Assembly: GCA_963743915.1 (NCBI GenBank)
Contig: CAVURN010000002.1
Span: 448,001-512,000, forward strand
From: an uncultured Actinomycetota bacterium
GTDB lineage: Bacteria; Actinomycetota; Actinomycetes; JAHEKZ01
Direction: 5' to 3'
Length of the DNA: 64,000 bases
Notes under the pieces: generated by a model
Seen by the model: only the letters and a program-made list of their open reading frames with translations
The model's database searches: none
Told to the model about the DNA's origin: nothing
Position numbers and translations under genes: made by a program
Shown here: positions 1-10,327 of the stretch, in pieces
Layout: the number at the start of each line of letters is the position of its first letter
How positions within the stretch are numbered: position 1 is the stretch's first letter

Positions 1-2
1 AC

Positions 3-401
3 CTGGAGCCAGCGCCGACCGAGACACCGCGCGACCTCGCGCGGCGGCTTCCGCGGCGTGGGGGGCTGATGCGCGGTCAGACCGAGCAGATGGAACGTCT
101 GGCGTCGTGGGTCGAGCGCTCGCGCTACGGCGGGCACGCGGTGGCAGGTCTGCCGCCGGTCGAGGAGATCGACGCCATGGCACGTGCCATCGAGCAGGGG
201 CTGATGTCGGCCCTCTCACCCCGTGACCGTCGCCGGGCCGTGGCGTGGCCACGTTCGGGACGGCAGGCGCTCACCGGCGGGTGGACGGCACTGGGTGAGG
301 CTGTGGGACAGCTGAAGTCGCGCGTGGCGGAGAGTGTGCGGGGGCCGTTCAGCGGTCGCCGTCGCGGCGACGCTCCCAGCGCTCTTCGATCCGGCTCATG
401 A
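3..401 (+). CDS. C-terminal end of a probable transglutaminase (TgpA-like) membrane protein, partial
   Basis: Open frame from the window start reads ETPRDLARRL...LASWVERSRYG, resembling TgpA/DUF4129-like tails. It is convergent with DUF3040, as in other actinobacteria. Confidence 0.5.
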   Translation: MEPAPTETPRDLARRLPRRGGLMRGQTEQMERLASWVERSRYGGHAVAGLPPVEEIDAMARAIEQGLMSALSPRDRRRAVAWPRSGRQALTGGWTALGEAVGQLKSRVAESVRGPFSGRRRGDAPSALRSGS

Positions 402-735
402 AGCCCGCACGGGGCGAGGGGCTGCTTCCACCGGACGTGCGCTGAGCGGAGCCACCGGACGGCGTCGTGCCGCTCTGCCATCCCGCGCTGGCCCACCATC
501 CGCCGGCGAGCATGACCAGGAACCCGACCACGCCGAGCGGCCAGAACTCGGCCGCGACGCCACCCACGAGCAGGGCGAGGCCCGTCACGAGCGCCAGACC
601 ACCGATGATGACGCGCTGACGTGAGCGCAGGCTGCGACCGCTGCCGCGCAGCGTCGAAGCCAGCTTGGGGTCGTCGGCGTAGAGCTGACGCTCCATCTGC
701 TCGAGCAGACGCTGCTCGTGCTCGGAGAGTGGCAT
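349..735 (-). CDS. DUF3040 family membrane protein
   Basis: MPLSEHEQRLLEQMERQLYADDPKLA signature, two TM segments, C-terminal FMSRIEERWERR. Confidence 0.9.
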   Translation of the reverse strand: MPLSEHEQRLLEQMERQLYADDPKLASTLRGSGRSLRSRQRVIIGGLALVTGLALLVGGVAAEFWPLGVVGFLVMLAGGWWASAGWQSGTTPSGGSAQRTSGGSSPSPRAGFMSRIEERWERRRDGDR

Positions 736-924
736 GGCCCCTCCTCGCGGTCGGTCGGGCGGTCGACGGGTCGTAGACCCGATCCCAGGATAGGTCCCGA
801 TCGGCGGTGGCGAAACTCCGGACGGTCGATCGTGACCTTCTCGTCCAACATCGGCACCCCCGACCGACGACTGGAGACTGCTCTGACCGGCCTGCTCCGG
901 GACCGGCTGCAGGGCGGCGAGAGG

Positions 925-2160
925 TCAAGGATGAGGTCCCTCGACCAGGCTGGCGGGGCGAACGGCGTCGCGGCCGAACCGGTGCACGGCCCGGTCGGCG
1001 GCCCGCTCCGCCTGACGCCAGGCCTCCGGCTGCTCGTCGAAGGTCAGCTGGTGGGCCACCTCGGACCCGTCCACCAGCTGTTCGACCCGGACCCCCACCA
1101 GCCGGATGCGCGCCCGGTCAAGGCCGAGGGCGTCGTAGAGCGCGAGCGCGGTGGAGTGCACGTCACGGGTGACGTCGGTGGGGTGCGCGAGGGTGCGGGA
1201 TCGGGTGATCGTGGTGAAGTCGGCGAACCGCACCTTGATCGCGACGGTGCGTCCGGCGAGCCCTCGGCGGCGCATCCGGGCCGCCACGTTCTGCGACAGG
1301 CGCAGCAGCTCGCGACGAATCACCTCGGGATCGTCGACGTCGGCGCCGAAAGTCTCCTCGTGGCCGATGCTCTTGTCGGGGACGTGCGCCACCACGCTGC
1401 GTTCGTCCCGGCCCCAGGCGAGCTCCCAGAGGTGACGGCCGACCGCCTGCCCGAGGGCGCGTTCGAGGGTGCTCACGGGGGTGTGGGCGAGATCGGCCAC
1501 CGTCCGCAGCCCCAGCCGGTGCAGCGCCTCCTCGGTCTTGTCCCCCACCCCCCACAGTGCGCCGATCTCGAGCGGGTGGAGGAACTCGATGACCCGGTCG
1601 GCCGGCACGACCAGCAGACCGTCCGGCTTGCAGCGCCCCGACGCCAGCTTGGCGACGAACTTGGTGGAGGCCACACCGACCGAGCAGGTGATGCCCTGCT
1701 CGTCGTGCACCCGGGTACGGATGAGCTCTCCGATCTGGGCCGGTGAGCCGAGCCGGCGGAGCGCACCGCTGACGTCGAGGAACGCCTCGTCGAGACTGAG
1801 CGGCTCGACGAGCGGGGTGACCGACGCGAAGACGGCCATCACACCGGCGGAGATCCGGGCGTAGTCGTCGTGGTGCGGGGTGAGGAAGGTCGCCTGCGGT
1901 GCCAGCCGGCGCGCCCGGCTGGCGGGCATGGCCGAGTGGACGCCGAGGGCACGCGCCTCGTAGGTGGCGGAGAGCACGACGCCACGGCTTCCGCCGCCGG
2001 CCACGATCACGGGGGTGCCCACGAGCTCGGGGTGCCGGAGCAGCTCGACCGACGCGTAGAAGGCGTCCATGTCGACGTGCAGGATCGGGCAGCCGGCGTC
2101 CGACGGCTGAGCACCGACCGGCCCCGCTGTGGCGGTGCGCCCGAGCTGCTGGCGAGTCAC
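925..2160 (-). CDS. dinB: DNA polymerase IV (Y family)
   Basis: ILHVDMDAFYASVE, SLDEAFLD, KSIGHEETF and clamp-like QLTF near the C-terminus. GTG start at 2160 inferred. Confidence 0.95.
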   Translation of the reverse strand: MTRQQLGRTATAGPVGAQPSDAGCPILHVDMDAFYASVELLRHPELVGTPVIVAGGGSRGVVLSATYEARALGVHSAMPASRARRLAPQATFLTPHHDDYARISAGVMAVFASVTPLVEPLSLDEAFLDVSGALRRLGSPAQIGELIRTRVHDEQGITCSVGVASTKFVAKLASGRCKPDGLLVVPADRVIEFLHPLEIGALWGVGDKTEEALHRLGLRTVADLAHTPVSTLERALGQAVGRHLWELAWGRDERSVVAHVPDKSIGHEETFGADVDDPEVIRRELLRLSQNVAARMRRRGLAGRTVAIKVRFADFTTITRSRTLAHPTDVTRDVHSTALALYDALGLDRARIRLVGVRVEQLVDGSEVAHQLTFDEQPEAWRQAERAADRAVHRFGRDAVRPASLVEGPHP

Positions 2161-2164
2161 GGTG

Positions 2165-5100
2165 TCATCCTCCCGCACTTCCGGGGCTGGAGTGCCACAG
2201 CTTGCGCGGTGGCGCACCGCGGTTCACGTCGTCACCGGCAGGACGCACGTCGGCGTACGGCGACTGCCGGAAGCCACTGGGGTGCACGAGGATGCGTCGG
2301 CGTCCCATGCCGCCTGCGGTGTACCCCCCGTCGTCGCTCGCGGCCGGACCGGCCGGAGCGACGACGCTCTCGGCGTCGAACCCCGGCGGTGGGGTGTCGA
2401 GCACCTGCAGCACCGCGTCGGTGCCGGCCCGTTGCCAGAGGTCGTAGAGACCGGACAGCTCCCAGCAGCCGGTGGCCCGCAGGGAGAGACCGCGCGGACC
2501 GGTGCGGCGGACCTCGCCGCGGATGAGGAGCAGCCAGGAGTGGAAGAGGGTGGCCGCGTACGGTCCCTGGGCGTCCTCGAAGAAGGTGGCGTCGACCGGT
2601 CCGGTGGCGTCGTCGAGCGTGACGAACACCACCCGACGACCGGACCGGATCGGCGGCGTCTGGGTGGCGACCTTCACCCCTGCGACGAGCACCTCGCTGC
2701 GGGAACGACAGGTGAGGAGGTCGCGGGAGCGCACGACGTCGAGGGCGGACAGCAACGGGGCGTAGAAGTCGACCACGTGCCGACTGACGTCGAGACCGAG
2801 GACGTCGAGCTCGGCCCGCACCTGCTCGGCACCGGTCATCTCCGGCAGGCCGGACAGCGCGATCTGCTCCGGCCCGAGCGCGAGGGTCAGCTGGGTGGCC
2901 GGTGCAGCCGTCCCGCTCGCGGTCGGCTGCTGACCGGTGGGCCGTCGGCATCGCGTTCCACCGGTCGAGCTCGGCGACCTGCAGCAGCAGGTCGCGCCGG
3001 GTCAACCGCCGACGGGCGGAGCCCGGATGCACCAGGGTGAGGTCGATCCCGTGCAGGGCGTCGAACGCGCCCGCGAGCACGAGCCGCTCGACCACCGGCC
3101 GGGAGACGGCGGCGCGGTGCCAGAAGTCGGTGAGCGAGCGGTAGGGCTGACCCGCGACGATCCGCGCGACCTCGGCGTCGCTGATCCCCTTGACCTCGGC
3201 GAGCGCGATCCGGATGCCGTACCCGCGGGCGTCCGGGAGCAACGGCTGGTCGGGGACGCCGCGCTGACGACGGGACACCAGCACGCCCGGGTGGGTGCGG
3301 ACCGGTGCGGCGTCGGCCGGGTCGACCCGTTCGACGCGGTAGCCCTCGGCGGAGGCGTTGACGTCGAGCGGCAGCACGGTGATGCCGAACTGGCGGGCGT
3401 CGTCGAGGATCAGCCGCTTGGGGTACATGCCGGGGTCGTGGGTGAGGACGCCGGCCAGGAAGCTGGCGGTGTGGTGCGCCTTGAGCCAGGCCGACTGGTA
3501 GGTGGGCAGCGCGAAGGCAGCGGCGTGCGCCTTGCAGAAGCCGAAGGACGCGAAGGCGGCGAGCACCTCCCAGAACCTCTCGACGGTGCGCAGGTCGTAC
3601 CCACGGGCGCGCGCCTGTCCGGTAGAACCACTCGCGCGTCTCGGCCTGTCCGTCGGGGTCGCCGAGGGCGCGCCGCTTCTCGTCGGCCTCGGCACGGCTG
3701 CACCCGGTGATGACGTGGATGAGGTCGATGACCTGCTCGTGGAAGACCACGACGCCGAAGGTGGGGCGCAGCACTCCGATGAGGTCGGGGTGCAGGTACT
3801 GCGGCTCCGTCCCACCCGTGCCGGGCGCGCAGGAAGGGGCTGACCATGTCGGACTTCACCGGGCCGGGACGGAAGAGCGAGATGTCGATGATGAGGTCGT
3901 CGAACGTCTCGGGGGCGAACTTGCCGACCAGCTCGCGCTGCCCCGGTGACTCGATCTGGAAGCAGCCGAGGGTGTGCGTCGACCGGATGAGGTCGTAGGT
4001 GGCGGGGTCGTCGAGCGGGACGGCGTCGAGGTCGGGACGCGCGTCGTCGCCGTCGACCCGACTCGATCTCGTCGAGCGCGTACGCCATCGCCGACTGCAT
4101 GCGGATGCCGAGCACGTCGAGCTTGAGCAGACCGAGGTGCTCGACGTCGTCCTTGTCGAACTGGCTCATGGCAAACCCCATCGCGCTCGACTCGACCGGG
4201 GTGCGGTCGAGCAGCGTGGCGTCGGAGAGCAGGACGCCGCACGGGTGCAGGGCCAGATGGCGCGGCAGGCCGTCGAGCCGTTCGACGAGCCGCAGCATCA
4301 GGGCGAGTCGCGGGTCGTCGGCGATCCGGCTGGCGCGCAGCTCGGGCAGCTCGCGCAGCGCGTTCTGCGCGTCGCGGGCCCGGATGTGCGGGAACGCCTT
4401 GGCGACGGTGTCGATCTCTGACGGCGGCAGTCCCAGCGCGGCACCGACGTCGCGGATCGCGTGCCGGACGCGGTAGGTGTCGGCCATCGAGACGCAGGCG
4501 ACGCGGTCGTCACCGAAACGCTCGAAGATGCGGGTGTAGATCTCGGTGCGGCGAGCCGACTCGACGTCGACGTCGATGTCGGGCAGCGCCTGACGGAGCG
4601 GTGAGAGAAAGCGCTCGAAGATGAGGTCGTGCCGAAGTGGGTCGACGCCGGAGATGCCGAGCAGGTACGTGACGAGGGACCCTGCCCCCGAGCCGCGGGC
4701 GGCGACGCGTACCTGCATCGAGCGGATGAGGTCGACCACGTCGGCGACGGTGAGGAAGTAGGTGGCGTAGCCGAGGCCGGCGATGATCCCGAGCTCGTGC
4801 TCGAGCCGCTCACGCGCGTCTGCGGCGTCGCGCCCGGTGGTGGGCAGGGAACGCAGGGACCACCCGGCGTCGCACCGTCGACGGAGCACTGCGTCCGGAG
4901 GAGTGCCCGATGCCGCCGCTTGCGGGTCGACCACCGCGAGCTCGGGGAAGTGCACCGAGCCGAGGCCGAGATCGGCGACCGGGTCGAGGACGCACTGCTC
5001 GGCGAGCTGCTCGGTGGCCGCGAGCAGCCGCCGGGAGGTGGAGCGCTCGGTGCCCACCCCCGACAGACGGGCGACCTCGGTGGCGACCTCGGACATCTGC

Positions 5101-5918
5101 GCGGCCGACTTCAGGTAGCCCTCACCGGTGCGACGGTCGATGTGCCGCTCGTCGAGCGGGACCAGGCGGCGGGCGGCGTCCAGGACGTCGGCGACGGGGG
5201 CGTCCTCGCGACGGGCGTACCGCACCGCGTTGGTGAGCACGACTGGGGCGTGCTGCTCGTGGGCCCAGCCGAGCATGCGGGCCGCGAAGGGGGCCGACCG
5301 CCCCGCCGGTCCGGCGCCGCGGTGGTTGACGACCTCGCACACCACCGAGGGGACCTGGGCGCGCCACCACCGCCACCGGTCGGTGGCGAGGTCGGGGCGT
5401 CGGGCGGCGAGCAGCCGACCGACGTCGGAGTCGGGACCGAGCAGCACGACGAGGGCACCCTCGGAGGTGGCGTCCTGACGGAGGTGGTCGGCGATCAGCG
5501 CGGCGTCGACGGTGGGGCTGCCGCGGCGTCCTGTTGCCTCGGCGCGGGCATGCGCGGCGGAGACCAGCCGGCACAGCGCCGCCCACCCCTGCGGCCCACG
5601 GGCGAGGACGGTGACCCGGGGCAGCCGGGGGTCGACGCTCCGGCCCCCCCGGGTGGGAGTACGGGTGCGGGACGCCGGTGCGCCCGGCACGGCGACGGTC
5701 TCGAGGGCGAGATCAGCGCCGAACACCGGTGCGATCCCGGCGGCAAGGGCGGCCCGGGCGAAACGCACCGCGCCCCGGACGCCGTCGCGGTCGGTGAGAC
5801 CGAGGACGCTCAGCCCCTGGTCGGCGGCGACGGCGACCAGGGTCTCCGGTGAGGAAGCACCGTGCCGGAGCGACCAGCCGGAGGCGACGTGCAGGTGCGG
5901 AAAGGAGTCGAGGGACAC
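2165..5918 (-). CDS. dnaE2: Error-prone DNA polymerase III alpha subunit (DnaE2), interrupted by several indels
   Basis: PHP domain HLHVAS..TDRDG, RGSGAGS, PDIDVD, KLDVLG, FGFCKAHA, OB fold VFVTLDD, and C-terminal SPYADVRP...LWHSSPGS. These are spread over ORFs 2232..5918, 2887..3774 and 2165..2839. Confidence 0.93.
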
Positions 5919-5945
5919 GAGGAAGCAGGACCAGGACGCGGACGG

Positions 5946-6359
5946 CTAGCTGACGCGGGGCAGGGAGGTCTGGTGCGGGACGCCGACAGTGGTCTCGACC
6001 AGGGCCAGGAAGGTCTCGACGTCGCGGAGCAGGTCGTCGGCCTCACGCGCGGTGACCGTCTCGAGCCCGGCTTCGGCGGCGGCCCGCTTGCCGGCACCAG
6101 CGGCGAAGAAGGCGGCCCACTCCGCCAGCTCCGGAGCCGCCTGCGCGAGCAGGTCCCAGGCGCTCCGCGGACCCCGACGCCCGCCGGGGCGAGCCCGGGT
6201 GGCCAGGACGGCAGCGGCCGCCCGGAGCGCAGCGAGGTGGGCGACGGCGTAGCGCTGGCCGGCCCGCGGCTCGACGGTGGCCTCGGCCAGGCCGCGGTGG
6301 GCGGAGGCGAGCAGGTCGAGGACACCGGCGGACGAGCCGCGGGGGGTGGTGGCGAGCAT
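5946..6359 (-). CDS. SAV_6107-like HEPN domain protein
   Basis: RYAVAHLAALRAAAAVLA...SAWDLLAQAAPELAEWAAFFA...READDLLRD, characteristic of this actinobacterial family. Confidence 0.85.
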   Translation of the reverse strand: MLATTPRGSSAGVLDLLASAHRGLAEATVEPRAGQRYAVAHLAALRAAAAVLATRARPGGRRGPRSAWDLLAQAAPELAEWAAFFAAGAGKRAAAEAGLETVTAREADDLLRDVETFLALVETTVGVPHQTSLPRVS

Positions 6360-6396
6360 GGGGTCCTCCTCGAGTCGATGGGTCGATGGGCGGGGT

Positions 6397-6714
6397 CTAG
6401 TCGTGGATGGCCTGGAGCACCCAGCGCTCCTGACCGGCGTCGACGGACTCGCAGCAGAGGTCGAAGACCCCGGTCTGGGAGCCCCGGCAGGCCTCGACCC
6501 GCCACAGCAGCCGCTCGGGGTCGGCAGGTCCGGGGTCGGCGGCAGCCCCTGCAGCAGCCCCCGCGGCGGGACGCCACCAGGCGCCGGTCTCGACCCAGTG
6601 GGCGAGCACGGCGCCGACGACGTAGCGACGCCCCCGCCACCGGAAGGCGAGCGGAGCGGAGGTGACGCCCGAGGGACCGGCCAGGGACTCGACCGGCTCT
6701 TCGATGCGACGCAT
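6397..6714 (-). CDS. DUF6504-like small protein (resembles the ImuB C-terminal domain)
   Basis: PLAFRWRGRRYVV..VLAHW.ETGAWW...WRVEA...GVFDL...WVLQAIHD. ATG at 6714 follows AAGGAG. Confidence 0.75.
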   Translation of the reverse strand: MRRIEEPVESLAGPSGVTSAPLAFRWRGRRYVVGAVLAHWVETGAWWRPAAGAAAGAAADPGPADPERLLWRVEACRGSQTGVFDLCCESVDAGQERWVLQAIHD

Positions 6715-6838
6715 CGGACGCTCCTTCCGGGATGTCGGGGACGGTGTCACCGGGAGGGGGACCCACCGAGGTCGTCCGTCCTCCTGGCCCGCCGGGAACC
6801 GACGAGGGTCGAGGTCGCCGGCGTCCGGCGGGCCCAGA

Positions 6839-6864
6839 GGTGTTCGAACACATGTTCGAACACC
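6839..6864. promoter_or_regulatory. LexA SOS box
   Basis: TCGAAC-ACAT-GTTCGA (6844-6859) matches the actinobacterial LexA consensus, within 11-bp inverted arms. It lies just downstream of a minus-strand TTGACC-N17-TTTACT promoter (6896-6868). Confidence 0.92.
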
Positions 6865-7028
6865 GGTAGTAAACCCCTGTTCCGGTGCGGGGTCAACCCC
6901 CCCTTGGTGGGGTGCTGGCGAGTGGCGCGAAACGGGACACTCCGTCGCCCTCAGGTGACCGGTTTCGCGCCACTGGGCACGTGATCTCGGTCCCCACCGA
7001 TCACGGACGCCCCCTACTCTCGAGAGTC

Positions 7029-7754
7029 GTGTCCCCGTCCCCCACCCCCGCGGTCGTGCTGCTGCACGTCTGGACGGTGCCCACCTCCGGCGTCCTGCCC
7101 GCCATGACGCGCCTGGCCACAGACCGGCTCGCGCTGCGCGGCTACCCCGGCCTGACCTTCGCCAAGCTGCTCGGCACCGGCAGCGGACAGACCTTCGCGC
7201 CACAGGACGCCGACCCGCACCACTGGGCGCTGCTCACCTGCTGGGACGCCCCGCATGCCGCCGCCACCGTCGAGCGTTCGCGAGTGGTCCGGCGCTGGGA
7301 CGCCGCTGCCACCGACCGGCTCCGCATCGCGATGACCCCGCTGGCCAGCACCGGACTCTGGTCGCGGCGCCAGCCCTTCGGGGCACCTGTCCCGCCGAAG
7401 CAGCACAGCGGTCCGGTGGCTGCTCTCACCCGGGCACGCATCGAGTGGCGTCAGCTGCGCGCCTTCTGGCGCTCGGTGCCGCCGGTGGCGGACGCCCTGA
7501 CGCGCCAGCCAGGGCTGCTCTGGTCGACCGGCATCGGCGAGGCGCCGGTCGGCCTGCAGGGCACCTTCAGCCTCTGGCGCGACGCTGACGCGATGCGTGA
7601 CTTCGCCTACGGCAGTCAGGCCCATCGTGACGCGATCCGCCAGACCCGCCAGACCGGCTGGTTCGCCGAGGAGCTCTTCGCGCGGTTCGCGGTGGAGGCG
7701 GTCGAGGGCACCGTCGACGGACGGCAGATCGGGGCGGACGCATGGCCGAGCTGA
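7029..7754 (+). CDS. crtA: Spheroidene monooxygenase-like (CrtA) carotenoid oxygenase
   Basis: FAKLLGTGSG, GIGEAPVGLQGTFSLW, FAY...H..AI, WFAEELFARF. Confidence 0.8.
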   Translation: MSPSPTPAVVLLHVWTVPTSGVLPAMTRLATDRLALRGYPGLTFAKLLGTGSGQTFAPQDADPHHWALLTCWDAPHAAATVERSRVVRRWDAAATDRLRIAMTPLASTGLWSRRQPFGAPVPPKQHSGPVAALTRARIEWRQLRAFWRSVPPVADALTRQPGLLWSTGIGEAPVGLQGTFSLWRDADAMRDFAYGSQAHRDAIRQTRQTGWFAEELFARFAVEAVEGTVDGRQIGADAWPS

Positions 7755-8338
7755 TTCCTCTGGTCTTCACCAGCGGCTGGGCCAGTGGCATCAACCCCTA
7801 CCTCGTGGTGCTGCTCTCAGGTCTGGTCGGTCGGTTCACCGACGTCGGCGTTCCCGACGCGCTCACCCGCACCGACGTGCTCGTCGCTGCCGCGGTCCTC
7901 ACCGCCATCGACTTCGTCGTCGACAAGACCGCCTACCTGGACTCCGCATGGGACGGGGTCAACACCGTGGTCCGTCCCGTCGCCGGCACCGCCCTGGCCC
8001 TGCTCATCTCCGGTGACGCCACGACGCTCGAGCAGGCGGTCCTCGGCGCGATGGGCGGCACCACAGCACTTGCCAGCCACGTCACGAAGGCGGGCACCCG
8101 CGCCGCCGTCAACACCTCCCCCGAACCGGTCAGCAACATCGTCGTCAGCCTGCTCGAGGACGTCGCCGTCACCGTGGTGACGTTCCTCGCGTTCCTCGCG
8201 CCGTGGCTCGCCGCTGCGCTCGCGCTGGTGCTGCTGGTCGCCGGCATCGGGGTGGTCGTGGTCTTCTGGTCCGCCATCGCCCGCTACCGTCGCTCCCGCC
8301 GACGACCACGACCGACCGACGTCCCCGAGGACCCATGA
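7742..8338 (+). CDS. DUF4126 family membrane protein
   Basis: GWASGINPY, DK..YLDSAWD, KAGTRAAVNTSPEPVSNIVVSLLED. Confidence 0.85.
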   Translation: MAELIPLVFTSGWASGINPYLVVLLSGLVGRFTDVGVPDALTRTDVLVAAAVLTAIDFVVDKTAYLDSAWDGVNTVVRPVAGTALALLISGDATTLEQAVLGAMGGTTALASHVTKAGTRAAVNTSPEPVSNIVVSLLEDVAVTVVTFLAFLAPWLAAALALVLLVAGIGVVVVFWSAIARYRRSRRRPRPTDVPEDP

Positions 8339-9132
8339 GCCTGCGCACCTACACCGGACCGACCCCGTCGGTCAGGCCTGCGTTCGCGCTCGTCGCGCTC
8401 GGATGGCTTCTCGCAGCTGCGACCATCGCCCTGCAGATCGCGTTCCCGCTCGCGTCGCACGAGGCTGCGCAGCGAGATCTGGCCGCGATCACCGTCGTGG
8501 TCTTCTTCCTCGCGTCGGTCGTGCACGCCACCGCCTACCACCGTTGGCGCGGCTTCTTCGTCGTCGCGTTGGCGGTCCCGGCGCTCGGCTGGGTGGCGGA
8601 GCGGTTCGGCTCAACCACCGGCTACCCGTTCGGCGACTACGTCTACACCGATGCGCTCGGGCCGCAGATTCTCGACGTTCCCGTCGTCGTGCCGCTGGCC
8701 TGGTCGATGATGGCGTACCCCACGTACGTCGCGGCGTCCGTGCTCGTGACGCGGGGACGCTGGCTGGTGCCCGTGGTGGCTGCCTGGTCGCTCATGGCGT
8801 GGGACCTCTTCCTCGACCCGATGATGATCGAGCTCGGCGCGTGGACCTGGCGAACGACCGAGCCCGATCTGCCAGGCGTGGACGGAATCCCCCTCACCAA
8901 CTACGCCGGCTGGTTCGTGGTCGGCCTGCTGATCTCCTTCGTGCTGCTCGCACTGCCCGCCCGGCGCTTCTCGGTGGCACAGCCGGCGACCCTCTACCTG
9001 TGGGTGTACGTGTCGTCGGTGCTCGCCGCGGCGGTCTTCTTCGACCGGCCGGGCTCAGCACTGGTCGGCGGCGTCGCGATGGGGATCGTCGCCCTTCCGT
9101 TCGCGTGGCGACTCTGGTGGGACCGCGGATGA
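8335..9132 (+). CDS. cruF: Carotenoid 1,2-hydratase (CruF family)
   Basis: E..G..TGYPFGDYVY, VPVVVPLAW, WDLFLDP, GIPLTNYAGW; multi-TM protein. Confidence 0.85.
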   Translation: MSLRTYTGPTPSVRPAFALVALGWLLAAATIALQIAFPLASHEAAQRDLAAITVVVFFLASVVHATAYHRWRGFFVVALAVPALGWVAERFGSTTGYPFGDYVYTDALGPQILDVPVVVPLAWSMMAYPTYVAASVLVTRGRWLVPVVAAWSLMAWDLFLDPMMIELGAWTWRTTEPDLPGVDGIPLTNYAGWFVVGLLISFVLLALPARRFSVAQPATLYLWVYVSSVLAAAVFFDRPGSALVGGVAMGIVALPFAWRLWWDRG

Positions 9133-10265
9133 GACACCGACTGGGTCCCGCCACGGTCGCGGCAGGGAGCACCCTCGCCTTGGCGGGCTTCCTGCACAGC
9201 GTGTGGAACCTGCGACGCCTGCGGGTCCTGCCCACAGCGCCTGGTGCCGGCCCACGTGCGCGCGTGTCGGTCCTGGTGCCGGCGCGGGACGAAGCCGCGC
9301 GCATCGGTCAGTGCCTGCACGCCGTCCGCGACCAGGTCGACGCCGATGTGCTCGAGGTGCTGGTGCTCGACGACCGCTCTGCCGACGGCACCGCATCGGT
9401 GGTGCAGCACCATGTCGACGAGGACGCCCGGGTGCATCTCCTCGACGGTAAGGGAGAGCCGCCGGACGGCTGGCTGGGCAAGACGTGGGCGTGCCATCAG
9501 CTCGCCGAGGCCGCGAAGGGCGAGGTTCTGGTCTTCGTCGACGCCGACGTCGTCCTCGAGCCCACGGCGCTCCGACGCATGACCTCGTTGCTCGGAGCAC
9601 CGTCGGCGAGCGGTGCTCCCATCGACGCGGTGAGCCCCTACCCGCGCCAGGACGCGTCGACGTGGAGCGAGCGGCTGGTGCAGCCGCTGCTGCAGTGGTC
9701 GTGGGCGACCCTGCTGCCCCTGCCGTTGGCCGAGCGGAGTGAACGTACCTCCCTGGTGGCGGCCAACGGCCAGCTCCTCGCCATCACGCGTGACGCCTAC
9801 GACGCCATCGGTGGGCACGCCGGGGTGCGCGACCAGGTGCTCGACGACGTCGCCCTCTTTCAGCAGCTGAAGCGGTCCGGACGTCGCGGCGTCCTGACCG
9901 ACGGCACCGACGTCGCGACGTGCCGCATGTACGAGGGCTGGCCCGACCTGCGCGACGGTTACAGCAAGTCGCTGTGGTCGGCGTTCCGGTCCCCGGTCGG
10001 CGCTGCCGCATTCGTGGCGCTGTCCGTGCTGGCGTACGTCGTGCCCCCACTCGCCGCGGTGCTGCGCGGCTCCGCCGTCGGTGCGGCCGGCTACGCCGGC
10101 GCTGTCGCCGGTCGTGCACTGGTGGCGCGCCGCGTGGGTGGGCGGGTGTGGCCGGACTCGCTGCTGCATCCGGCGTCCACGGTGGCGTTCGCGTACCTGG
10201 TCGGTCGCTCGTGGTTCGGCCATCGGCGCGGAACGCTCACCTGGAAGAGCCGCCCCCTCCCCTGA
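9129..10265 (+). CDS. Family 2 glycosyltransferase (carotenoid glycosyltransferase-like)
   Basis: VSVLVPARDE, GWLGKTWAC, FVDAD, ANGQ, CRMYEGW, TWKSR. Translationally coupled to cruF. Confidence 0.88.
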   Translation: MRHRLGPATVAAGSTLALAGFLHSVWNLRRLRVLPTAPGAGPRARVSVLVPARDEAARIGQCLHAVRDQVDADVLEVLVLDDRSADGTASVVQHHVDEDARVHLLDGKGEPPDGWLGKTWACHQLAEAAKGEVLVFVDADVVLEPTALRRMTSLLGAPSASGAPIDAVSPYPRQDASTWSERLVQPLLQWSWATLLPLPLAERSERTSLVAANGQLLAITRDAYDAIGGHAGVRDQVLDDVALFQQLKRSGRRGVLTDGTDVATCRMYEGWPDLRDGYSKSLWSAFRSPVGAAAFVALSVLAYVVPPLAAVLRGSAVGAAGYAGAVAGRALVARRVGGRVWPDSLLHPASTVAFAYLVGRSWFGHRRGTLTWKSRPLP

Positions 10266-10327
10266 CCTCAGGAACGACGCATTCACCCGCGGCCGGTGCA
10301 ACAGACGCCGCACTCATATTGGGGAAA

